NCBI GenBank assembly: GCA_964640055.1
Contig: CAZXFH010000027.1
Coordinates: forward strand, 1-17,981
Direction of reading: 5' to 3'
Length of the DNA: 17,981 nt
Source of the DNA: an uncultured bacterium
Lineage (GTDB): Bacteria > Fidelibacterota > UBA2242 > JAFGTP01
Shown here: piece after piece, positions 9,867 through 17,918 of the stretch
How positions within the stretch are numbered: position 1 is the first letter of the stretch
Layout: each line of letters starts with the position of its first letter
Translations under genes and position numbers: made by a program
The notes under the pieces: model-generated
Told to the model about the DNA's origin: nothing
The model's database searches: none
The model's input: only the letters and a program-made list of their open reading frames with translations

Positions 9867-10856
9867 TTATACTTCTAGAGACGGACGGTCACATTCCAGG
9901 GTTGCTTGCAATCCCTGATGAAGAGAGCGGGGCTGAAAGCCCAATGCCTGTTTGGCTTTGGTATTATCGCCCAGATAGGTCACACCTGCAGCCACCCGCA
10001 GACTTTCCGATGAATAAACAGCAGGAAGCTTCAAAAGCGCTTCAATAGGTTTCACCATCCGGGATAAAAATTTCAGTAACCAGGGTCTGGGCCTCAGTTT
10101 GGGAGGCTTTACATCAGCCAATTCCGCTGCCAGATCAATGGCCTCCTCCAGGGTATGGGGCGGTCCTCCTAAAATATAACTGTCACCTGGCTGACCCTTT
10201 TCCATGGCCAGCAGATGGCCGTTGACAATATCATCAATATAAGACCAGTTATAAGCGGTTTTTTTAGGTACCAGGAGCAGCTGCCCGTTCAACAAACGGT
10301 GAAGATAGTCACCAATCAGACTGTGATCTCCGGGGCCATAGACCACACCGGGCATGACAATTACCAGGGGTAAGCCCGGTTGCATATAGGGTACCGCCAA
10401 CTGGTGGTGAGCGATCCACTTGGTATGGTCATAACGGCTCAGATGGGTTCCATCAAACCGGTAGGTCTCATCAACGATTTCCCCTTTGGTATCGGAATTA
10501 ATGGCCAAACTGCTGGTATACACGCCCTTGCTGATTTGGTATTCCTGCATTAATTCGAGAATGTTGCGGGTTCCCGTAACATTAATGGCATCCATCTGAT
10601 CTTTTTCTTGCTGAGTATGCAGTCCGATTTTATACATGGCCGCCAGATGAAATACCCGTTCCGCTTTTCGGATACCAGCTCGCAGGGATTCTTTGGCGGT
10701 AATATCCCCCTGAATGATATGAACCCCGAGTGTACTCAGCTGGACCGCCTTGCGGGGATCCCGCACTACCGCAATTACTTCCTCACCCCGGCCTCTAAGT
10801 TCCCTGGCAAGTTGAAAACCGATAAATCCAGTGGCACCGGTGATAAAATATTTCAT
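9867..10856 (-). CDS. NAD(P)-dependent epimerase/dehydratase family protein (extended SDR)
   Basis: An N-terminal Rossmann motif GATGFIG and a catalytic YxxxK (SRYDHTKW) are present, and the protein is 329 aa. Substrate is unknown. Confidence 0.75.
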   Translation of the reverse strand: MKYFITGATGFIGFQLARELRGRGEEVIAVVRDPRKAVQLSTLGVHIIQGDITAKESLRAGIRKAERVFHLAAMYKIGLHTQQEKDQMDAINVTGTRNILELMQEYQISKGVYTSSLAINSDTKGEIVDETYRFDGTHLSRYDHTKWIAHHQLAVPYMQPGLPLVIVMPGVVYGPGDHSLIGDYLHRLLNGQLLLVPKKTAYNWSYIDDIVNGHLLAMEKGQPGDSYILGGPPHTLEEAIDLAAELADVKPPKLRPRPWLLKFLSRMVKPIEALLKLPAVYSSESLRVAAGVTYLGDNTKAKQALGFQPRSLHQGLQATLECDRPSLEV

Positions 10857-10906
10857 CTCAAACCCTCAATTTTCAGCCGTAATCAAAGCCGGGAATGCAA
10901 ATAAAA

Positions 10907-11605
10907 TTAGTGGGGTCTTTTTTTATTTTTCTTTTGCAGACGGGCTTCCCAATCCAGACGAATAGCGGCTTTCACTGAGGCAATTACAAAAACACAAATA
11001 AATATAGTGGAAATGATTACCGCCCCAATATCCACTGCAGAAAAAATACTATTCTCAAAATGGATAATCACCGGATTCCAAAAAATCAGTAAAGTATTCA
11101 CAGCGATTAAGATAATACGAATCTCTGTCGGACCGATCTTGGCAAAAGAAATCCGGAAAACCCGCTCACTATAAGCATCCACATGAGCATAAACATTCAA
11201 CAATAAGTATCCCAAAGCCAGAAACAAAGCGGATTCGATCTGCATAAGGGGCGACAATCCAAAACCAATGCAAACCAGCACAGTGGAACAGGCATCGGAA
11301 ATGTGATCTACAAAATACCCGTACCGCTCCCGCTCAGCATGGCGTACACGGGCCAGGGTTCCATCCAGACTATCGGCAAACCAATGCAAAATGAATCCAA
11401 AATTACTGAGTAACAACCAAAACCTTGAATACCAGGTCAGAATATATCCAGTCGTAATAATCAAAGCAGCCACCAATCCCAAAACAGTCAGGTGATCCGG
11501 TACGACCCAGCGGGGTAGTGCCCGGGCCATAATGGGTAGTATTCTCTGCTCAATTGGTCCGGTATAGGTATTGATAATCCGGCGGGCGTTTTTTTGTTTT
11601 TGCAT
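10907..11605 (-). CDS. CDP-alcohol phosphatidyltransferase family membrane protein
   Basis: The signature D-G-x2-A-R...G-x3-D-x3-D is present as DSLDGTLARVRHAERERYGYFVDHISD. The protein has multiple hydrophobic helices. An AGAGGAG Shine-Dalgarno site lies 5 nt upstream of the ATG at 11605. Confidence 0.75.
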   Translation of the reverse strand: MQKQKNARRIINTYTGPIEQRILPIMARALPRWVVPDHLTVLGLVAALIITTGYILTWYSRFWLLLSNFGFILHWFADSLDGTLARVRHAERERYGYFVDHISDACSTVLVCIGFGLSPLMQIESALFLALGYLLLNVYAHVDAYSERVFRISFAKIGPTEIRIILIAVNTLLIFWNPVIIHFENSIFSAVDIGAVIISTIFICVFVIASVKAAIRLDWEARLQKKNKKRPH

Positions 11606-11617
11606 GTTACTCCTCTG

Positions 11618-12039
11618 CTATTTGTGTTGGGTCGTCCGGGCCTTATTAAAAATGAGTAATTCATTGGCTAACAACTTGAACACCGGACCGGCCAGCATAC
11701 CAATGATATCTGCCACTAATATAGTGCACCCCCAGGAAATGGTGCAATGGCCACAGAATCCCCCAATTCACGATAAAATCAATCGAGGCGGTCACCACAT
11801 TGTACTTGAACAAACACTTAAAAAAATCAGGCACATTCCCTTTTACCCGCTGCTTCCAAGTAATGCCAGGTAAAGTTGTGCACAATCGCCAGTTCGATGG
11901 CAATGGCCCCTGCCAGCGGGACCGACAGGTGTAGCTGGGCGTGTAAGAGCCACAGTGAGCCCAAATTCACCAGGGTTCCGATCCAGGCCACCATCTGAAA
12001 GCGAACTATTTTGATCAAAGGTATATCTTTTAACTTCAA
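11618..12039 (-). pseudogene. GtrA-like small membrane protein gene split over three reading frames (apparent frameshifts; pseudogene or homopolymer sequencing errors)
   Basis: Frame A (12039-11827) encodes IVRFQMVAWIGTLVNLGSLWLLHAQLHLSVPLAGAIAIELAIVHNFTWHY. Frame B (11903-11661) encodes FFKCLFKYNVVTASIDFIVNWGILW. Frame C (11767-11618) encodes TILVADIIGMLAGPVFKLLANELLIFNK. Together they reconstruct the two-repeat GtrA architecture (xRFxxVG...NFxxNRxWTF, twice). The frame changes map to 11827-11903, next to an A7 tract at 11820-11826, and to the region around the C5 tract at 11729-11733. Confidence 0.5.
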
Positions 12040-12246
12040 GTATTATCCGGTTTCCTAATAAGAAAAAACTCCCATAACCCAATTTACAGAGAGTTTACCT
12101 GATAAACCAAATTGAATTTTCAGGGTAATTGCAGAGTTTTATTTAGCTTGAACCGAATAGACGCATTGAAAAGACTATTTATAATTGGAAATTAAAATAT
12201 TATTCCATAATCTTTCAGTGTTAATGTTAATTAAACGGAAAATGAA

Positions 12247-14952
12247 ATGAAATTAATCAAAATTGTTAGTTTTTACTTACTTTTCGGTAGTGTACTCCTG
12301 ATCGCCTCCCAGGCCGGGAAAGTCTATCTGGTCTTGGGCTCGGATACCGCGATCTGGGATGGCATGAGCACCGGCCGTTTTCACTGTACCTATGATCTGA
12401 GTTTGTATACGGATCCCACCCGTAATGCCAATCAGATCATGGATTCCAGCTACCGGAATCAGTTCGTTGATTCCTACGGGACCCCGATGAAAATGACCTG
12501 GTGGATGATGTGTGGTAACATTTTCCGCTATGCCACCAACACCAATATTCCGATTCCGAATATCATGACCATGTACTTGATGAAAAAATACTACCTCCCG
12601 GAAATAAATGCGATCGGTGACGAGCTCTCGCTGCATTACCATACTTTTAAATGGAGTGATTATGATGGGGATGGCCTGTGGTACTGGAATCAAGCGCTGA
12701 CCTTTTCCGAATGTCGGGATGATTGGAATTTTACCCTGTGTCAACTTCTGCTGGAAGAGCAGGTTTTCCCGGTCTCCTTCCGCAGTGGCTGGCACTACAT
12801 GGACAATGAATGGCAGCAAAATTTGAATGACCTCCTTCCCTACAGCATGCACAATGCCTATCCGTCCAAAAAAACTGAAGATACCGAACCCCTGGACAAT
12901 GTAATTGACTGGTCGCAGGCACCATCAGAATTTGTGCCCTATCATCCCGCTCCGGAAAACTACCAACTGCCGGGCGACAGTCCGGGCTGGAATTTGCGTT
13001 CGGCCCATTTCTGGGGCGTTCGTGCGCGTGACCTGATGGATACGGTTTTTGCCGCAGCTGCCAATGGCACGGATCAAATAGCCTGCTTCTGGGGGCATCT
13101 CCCGGAAACAGATTTTAACACCAATGTTGAAATTATGGATAGCCTGGCCCACAAAATGGCCAATAAATATCCGGAAGTGAAATTTCGCTACTGTACTGCT
13201 ATCGAAGGCATGCAGCGCTGGCAGCAGACGAGCGACAGCCTGGCTCCTGAAGTCACTCTGGAACAAACCGGCAATGAAACGGAAATTGGCTTCCGGATTA
13301 CCTCCAATGAAGCCACCTTTCAGCCGGTTCCTTTTCTGGCAGTCAAGGATATCTATGAAAATTATTTTATCATGGATTGCTATGCGACGGGCACAAACAC
13401 CTGGGAAACAACCGAAACAATCAACCGGGAGCTGCTTGCCAAAGTAGGGGCGGCCCTCTGTGATAGTATGGGTAACCAAAGTATGGAATTTATCAAATAT
13501 CTGCCCGATGACCAGTTCATTGACAATACTGACGATGGTTATACCGAGCTGGCGGGTAACTGGACGACCACAACAGACCGGACCTGGGGACTGGACGCCA
13601 GAATAAGCACCCTCAGCGAAAACGATTCAAATGTGGTTCAGTGGACTCCGGCGATCCAGAAAAGCGGTTTATACAATCTCTTTATTCAGGTGCCTACGGT
13701 AAACAATGCTGCCGAACACACTGTTTTCAAAATCATCGCTGGTGGCATACCGGTGGATACCATCACTTTTGATGCGGCCCTGCCACCGGATGAATGGATC
13801 TATATCAGCACCACAGAGCTATCCGCAGGGGCCAGCAACCATTTACAGATGAAAATAAAAAACACCTCGCAAACAGAGGTTCAGATCGCGGCGGATGTGG
13901 CCAAATTTTCGGCTCTGGTGCGGGAATATGATTTGGTCTTTGACACCGATTTGATCTACTTCGGGGAAGTCAGTGTCGAAGACACCGTTACCCAAACCTT
14001 AAAGTTACAGAATCAGGGTTATCAAGCGCTCACTATTCAAGAGGTCACCTCTCTGAAAGGGCTATGTCAGGTTACGGCTGAATTTCCGTTGCAGGTCCCG
14101 CAAATGGGCTCGATCCAACTGCCAGTTTGGTTCTACAGTACGGAATTAGGGTCAGTGTCGGATACCCTGCTGATCACCAGTAACGATCCGCGTAATCCAC
14201 AAAGCAAAATCCCGGTGAGCGCGGATGTACGACCTTTCTTTACCATCATCGATAATGAGGACTCTGTTTATTATCAGGAATATGGTAATTGGCACACCAG
14301 TGTAGCCGAGGCCTATGGTCCTTCCAGCCGCTATGCCTGGCTCAACTCCAGTCCCTTAGCCAGTGCGGAATTCCAATCCCGGGTAAAGAAAAATGGCATC
14401 TATGAAATTTTTGAAATTGTTCCCCGGACAGTAAACGCCACTGATCATGCCCTCTATAAACTGATTGTTGGGGAAACAGTAAAGGATTCAATTATTATCA
14501 ATCAAAACACCGATAGCGGGGGTTGGATATCCCTGGGTCAATATTATCTGCCAGCAGATGAGGCTGTTAAGATAAAAGTGATTGATACTGGTCAGAGCAC
14601 CCTGGGGCATGTACTGCGGGCCGATGCGATCAAGATCAGCCTGATCGAAGAAGTAACTCAGATCGCAGACAGTCAGGACCAGATACCTTTGACATATTCT
14701 CTGGGTCAGAATTATCCCAATCCCTTCAACGCAACCACCACGATTCCCTATACCATTCCCAAACAGGGCCGCGTTCAGGTGACGATCTACAATACGCTGG
14801 GACAAACAGTGGTAAAACTGGTGGATGAGATCCAAACAGCGGGGCAATACCAAGTAAAATTGCAGGTGGGTCATTATGGTTCCGGCATCTATCTCTACCA
14901 GCTGAAAACCGATCAATACTGTGCCACCAAAAAATTGATCCTGGTGAAGTGA
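12247..14952 (+). CDS. Secreted multidomain T9SS cargo protein: signal peptide, unassigned N-terminal domain, golvesin-C-like domain, choice-of-anchor-D/HYDIN-type Ig-like domain, second golvesin-C-like domain, T9SS C-terminal sorting domain
   Basis: An N-terminal signal peptide is present (MKLIKIVSFYLLFGSVLLIASQAG). Two paralogous ~130-aa domains (about 13517-13910 and 14245-14640) have the pattern IDNxD...YxExGxW...NATxH..YK...INQNTDSGGWISLGQYYL...VLRADAIKI, which resembles the golvesin C-terminal domain. An Ig-like domain lies between them (EYDLVFDTDLIYFGEVSVEDTVTQ...ITSNDPRNP). The last ~84 aa (LGQNYPNPFNATTTIPYTIP...GIYLYQL) form a T9SS C-terminal domain. Confidence 0.8.
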   Translation: MKLIKIVSFYLLFGSVLLIASQAGKVYLVLGSDTAIWDGMSTGRFHCTYDLSLYTDPTRNANQIMDSSYRNQFVDSYGTPMKMTWWMMCGNIFRYATNTNIPIPNIMTMYLMKKYYLPEINAIGDELSLHYHTFKWSDYDGDGLWYWNQALTFSECRDDWNFTLCQLLLEEQVFPVSFRSGWHYMDNEWQQNLNDLLPYSMHNAYPSKKTEDTEPLDNVIDWSQAPSEFVPYHPAPENYQLPGDSPGWNLRSAHFWGVRARDLMDTVFAAAANGTDQIACFWGHLPETDFNTNVEIMDSLAHKMANKYPEVKFRYCTAIEGMQRWQQTSDSLAPEVTLEQTGNETEIGFRITSNEATFQPVPFLAVKDIYENYFIMDCYATGTNTWETTETINRELLAKVGAALCDSMGNQSMEFIKYLPDDQFIDNTDDGYTELAGNWTTTTDRTWGLDARISTLSENDSNVVQWTPAIQKSGLYNLFIQVPTVNNAAEHTVFKIIAGGIPVDTITFDAALPPDEWIYISTTELSAGASNHLQMKIKNTSQTEVQIAADVAKFSALVREYDLVFDTDLIYFGEVSVEDTVTQTLKLQNQGYQALTIQEVTSLKGLCQVTAEFPLQVPQMGSIQLPVWFYSTELGSVSDTLLITSNDPRNPQSKIPVSADVRPFFTIIDNEDSVYYQEYGNWHTSVAEAYGPSSRYAWLNSSPLASAEFQSRVKKNGIYEIFEIVPRTVNATDHALYKLIVGETVKDSIIINQNTDSGGWISLGQYYLPADEAVKIKVIDTGQSTLGHVLRADAIKISLIEEVTQIADSQDQIPLTYSLGQNYPNPFNATTTIPYTIPKQGRVQVTIYNTLGQTVVKLVDEIQTAGQYQVKLQVGHYGSGIYLYQLKTDQYCATKKLILVK

Positions 14953-15219
14953 ACAGACCAAACCAAATTGGCCAGCCCTTTCGAAGGCTGCCGGTGGTTG
15001 GCAATCGGGAAACTGTTAAAACCGTTTCTGTAATTTTGAGTTTTTGTTATTTTCGCGTTAACTCTCGCACCCACAGTTAAAACTGTGGGTTAATCCGAAT
15101 AATACCTGGACAGCGATGATTTTTGCTAAGGGTCACACCGCAGAGCAGTGTGGCCAGACTAGACTTCGTCCCGATAGCTGATCTTATACTCGAGCTGAGG
15201 ACTAGGACAACCCCCTTTA

Positions 15220-15249
15220 TCCCCCTTTGATAAGGGGGACGTTTTTTTT
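15220..15249 (+). terminator. Intrinsic terminator-like hairpin tcccccTT-TGAT-AAggggga followed by T8
   Basis: The stem is a perfect 8 bp (15220-15227 with 15232-15239) with a 4-nt loop, and a T8 tract follows at 15242-15249. It lies about 270 nt downstream of the T9SS cargo gene stop. Confidence 0.6.
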
Positions 15250-15454
15250 GACTGAGTGTCATAGAATCAACATCGCTCATAATCATTGTGAATTTTTACA
15301 CCTCTCCTGATTCCCACAGTGGGGTTTTCTCGAGGTCATTTTTCAAATAATTTTTCAGTTTACACCTCATTTGGTTTTATTCTAAATTGCTGATTTACAA
15401 GTCATGCTCAACTGCTCAACTCAAAAAACCAAACCGACCCTATCGCGTTCAGGT

Positions 15455-15472
15455 CCCCCCTATGAAGGGGGG
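15455..15472. repeat. GC-clamp hairpin ccccccTATGAAgggggg, one of several poly-C/poly-G hairpins in this intergenic region
   Basis: A 6-bp all-GC stem with a 6-nt loop. The related structures C5-A-G7 at 15627-15639 and cccacagTTAAAActgtggg at 15070-15089 lie in the same 860-bp spacer. Confidence 0.4.
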
Positions 15473-15535
15473 AAGTGAAGGGGGGTGTCAGACAATCAGT
15501 AGTTCTTATGACCCCAGTTCTTACAACCCCCTGTC

Positions 15536-15564
15536 TCCCCCTTTGATAAGGGGGACCTTTTTTT
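15536..15564 (+). terminator. Second copy of the same terminator-like element (tcccccTT-TGAT-AAggggga + T7)
   Basis: The hairpin is identical to the one at 15220-15249. The repeated context acaaccccct...tccccctttgataagggggac...ttttttt is shared with 15208-15249. Confidence 0.55.
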
Positions 15565-15815
15565 GAGCGGGTGTTGTTTTATCGGTATCTCTCATTATAT
15601 TCATCGGTTATGATACCTCCCTATATCCCCCAGGGGGGGACCTAATTTAGAAAATTGCTGAATAATTAACATTAGGGTTAGATATGGAATATCACAATAG
15701 GAAATACGAAATGATTGTAATTCATAATTCACAAATAAATGCTTGGTAGATCACTCATATTTCCATAATATTCAGTTGATTATGAATTGGTTAATACTTT
15801 TATAAAGAGTTGATC

Positions 15816-16508
15816 ATGCGTCAAATTTTCCCCCTGGGTTGTCTACCCTTTATGTTCTTCCTTTTAATTCTATTAATTCCCCTTTTTCTGGCAGACGTGA
15901 TGTTGACCGCTTTGAGCCGCTTGGGCTTAGCGCCGCTGAGCGCCCTGATTACCGGTATTGGAATTTTCCTAGGTGGCATCGTCAATATTCCTGTCAAGCA
16001 AGTGAGACGCGAGCAGCCGATTGATAACAGACCGTCGCGACTATACGGTCTGGACCGCTTTTTCCCCCGGCAAACCAGTTCGCGCAATTACACGGTGATT
16101 GCCGTTAATCTGGGAGGGTGCGTTATTCCGGCTTGTTTGGCTGTCTATGAATTATTACGGCTGCTCGCTCAAGGAGCTGCCCCTCTGATGGCAGCCCTGT
16201 TTGCGATTGCCATCAATGTGGGAATCTGCTACTGGTTAGCCCGGCCGATTCCGAATACCGGCATTGCTTTGCCAGCCTTGGTTCCGGGCATCACAGCAGC
16301 GCTATTGGCCTTGCTTTTTATGCCTGATTTTGCCCCACCGGTCGCTTTTGCCGCCGGTGTCCTAGGGCCTTTGATCGGCGCTGACCTGCTGCACCTGAAA
16401 GACATCCGCCGGATTGCCACCCGGGTCGCCAGTATTGGCGGGGCCGGAACCTTTGATGGCATTGTGATCTCCGGTTTACTGGCCACGCTGCTGGTCCCCT
16501 CTCTGTAA
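15816..16508 (+). CDS. Polytopic integral membrane protein, probably DUF1614 family
   Basis: The protein has about six hydrophobic helices. Its conserved-looking C-terminal motif ASIGGAGTFDGIVISG recalls DUF1614 proteins. The ATG at 15816 is the first ATG of the ORF, and the track's TTG at 15810 is less likely. No search was run to confirm the family. Confidence 0.55.
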   Translation: MRQIFPLGCLPFMFFLLILLIPLFLADVMLTALSRLGLAPLSALITGIGIFLGGIVNIPVKQVRREQPIDNRPSRLYGLDRFFPRQTSSRNYTVIAVNLGGCVIPACLAVYELLRLLAQGAAPLMAALFAIAINVGICYWLARPIPNTGIALPALVPGITAALLALLFMPDFAPPVAFAAGVLGPLIGADLLHLKDIRRIATRVASIGGAGTFDGIVISGLLATLLVPSL

Positions 16509-16738
16509 ACACCTGCTTTGGTCTAATTACTAAGTATCAGTGCTTGGTTTTTACGTATAACACTTTTATACATTTCTAAACAATATTCGGCTAAATTGAA
16601 TATTATCGGGTTATTTCTCCGGGGGCAATTTTTGGCCTGGAGTTGCTTTTCAGGCATTATATGGTTAATTTATAATATGATGTAACCATTAAAATTTTAT
16701 TTTATCTAAAATTTGTTAAACAAAAGAGGAGGTTTAAG

Positions 16739-17101
16739 ATGTCATACTATCATGAACCGGTTGAAGAGCTCAGTGCGCAGACCCGTAACTGTACCCGGGC
16801 ACTCAACAGCTTAAAAGAAGAGATCGAAGCAGCGGACTGGTACAACCAGCGGGTGGATGCCAGTCAGGATGAAAATCTGAAAAATATTCTCGCCCATAAC
16901 CGGGACGAAGAGATCGAACATGCCTGTATGTTGATCGAGTGGTTGCGTCGCAATATGGATGGTTGGGACGAGGAATTGAAAACCTATCTGTTTAAAGAAG
17001 GCGATATAACCCAACTGGAAGAAGCAGGCGCAGAAAATGAAGCGGATCCCGATACTACTTCCGGGGAATCAACAAGTTTAAATATCGGCAAAAACAAATA
17101 A
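16739..17101 (+). CDS. Encapsulated ferritin-like protein (EncFtn) cargo with C-terminal encapsulin targeting peptide
   Basis: The blocks EEIEAADWYNQRVDAS...ILAHNRDEEIEHACMLIEWLRRN match the EncFtn di-iron site (Glu, Glu, His). The acidic C-terminal tail ends in TSLNIGKNK, which matches the family-1 cargo-loading peptide consensus (SLxIGxLK-like). A strong Shine-Dalgarno site (AAGAGGAGG) lies 5 nt upstream. Confidence 0.8.
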   Translation: MSYYHEPVEELSAQTRNCTRALNSLKEEIEAADWYNQRVDASQDENLKNILAHNRDEEIEHACMLIEWLRRNMDGWDEELKTYLFKEGDITQLEEAGAENEADPDTTSGESTSLNIGKNK

Positions 17102-17117
17102 TTAGGAGAAAGATACC

Positions 17118-17918
17118 ATGGATTTATTGAAAAAGTCTCTGGCGCCGATCACCGCCGATGCCTGGGATGAAATAAATGAGGAAGCCACCCGGGTCCTGAA
17201 AAACAAACTGTCGGCCCGCAAATTTGTGGATGTGGCCGGACCCAAGGGATGGGATTATGCCGCAGTTCCGCTGGGTAAACTGCAAATTTCCGATCAACAA
17301 AAAAAGGATGCGGTCCGCCATGGCATTCACCAGGTGCAGCCCTTAGTTGAAACGCGCCGCAGTTTTCAATTAGACCTGTGGGAACTGGACAATATCAATC
17401 GCGGCAATCCCGCAATAGAGCTGGGTGACCTGACCCAAGCAGCCGCCGAGTCAGCGGCTTTTGAAGAAAAGGCGATCTATTACGGACTTTCAAAAGCCAA
17501 TATCAAGGGCTTAAAAGAAAGCAGTGCTCACAAATCCCTGGCTTCGCCGCAGAATAAAGAAGATTTTTTGAACAGTGTCGCAGATGGTGTCAACCAATTC
17601 AAGTTAGCCTCTATTGAAGGCCCCTATACCCTGATTCTGCATCCGGAAAAATGGAAAGAGATGATCAGCTGTTCACAAGGTTACCCGGTCACCCGCCACC
17701 TGGATGAAATATTGGGGGGTAACATCCTTGTTTCTGATAATGTGAACCAGAATGATATGTTTCTGGTCACCGAACGGGGTGGTGATTTTGTGTTAACGCT
17801 GGGCGCTGATTTTTCGCTGGGTTATGAACATCATGATCACCAGAAAGTACAGCTGTTTCTGGCCGAATCCTTTACCTTTCAGGTCCTGGATCCGGAAGCG
17901 GTGATCATTTTTACTTAA
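17118..17918 (+). CDS. Family 1 encapsulin nanocompartment shell protein (HK97-fold, linocin M18 / Thermotoga maritima type)
   Basis: The 266-aa product aligns along its full length with the T. maritima encapsulin as recalled from memory (MDLLKKSLAPITADAWDEIN...RKFVDVAGPKGWDYAAVPLG...FQLDLWELDN...IEGPYTLIL...ERGGDFVLTLGADFSLGYE). An AGGAGA Shine-Dalgarno site lies 8 nt upstream, and the gene sits 17 nt downstream of its cargo gene. Confidence 0.88.
   Translation: MDLLKKSLAPITADAWDEINEEATRVLKNKLSARKFVDVAGPKGWDYAAVPLGKLQISDQQKKDAVRHGIHQVQPLVETRRSFQLDLWELDNINRGNPAIELGDLTQAAAESAAFEEKAIYYGLSKANIKGLKESSAHKSLASPQNKEDFLNSVADGVNQFKLASIEGPYTLILHPEKWKEMISCSQGYPVTRHLDEILGGNILVSDNVNQNDMFLVTERGGDFVLTLGADFSLGYEHHDHQKVQLFLAESFTFQVLDPEAVIIFT

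Noticed and set aside
12277-15004. Minus-strand ORFs 12277..12852, 12731..12925, 12925..13479, 14488..14961, 14726..15004
   Set aside because: These are antisense to the 901-aa T9SS cargo gene, which is supported by a signal peptide, paralogous domains, and a sorting tail.
15077-15286. 69-aa ORF on the minus strand in the hairpin-rich spacer
   Set aside because: It has no Shine-Dalgarno site or recognisable motif. It spans the terminator hairpins, so it is more likely non-coding structured DNA or RNA.
14953-15815. Possible CRISPR array or tRNA in the repeat-containing spacer
   Set aside because: The repeats are only two near-identical copies plus unrelated hairpins at irregular spacing, with no unique spacers of constant length. 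No GTTCGAATC-type T-arm or cloverleaf was found.
16811-17330. ORFs 16811..17014(-) and 17124..17330(-) opposite the encapsulin operon
   Set aside because: These are antisense to two genes with full-length family-level matches. They are shadow ORFs.
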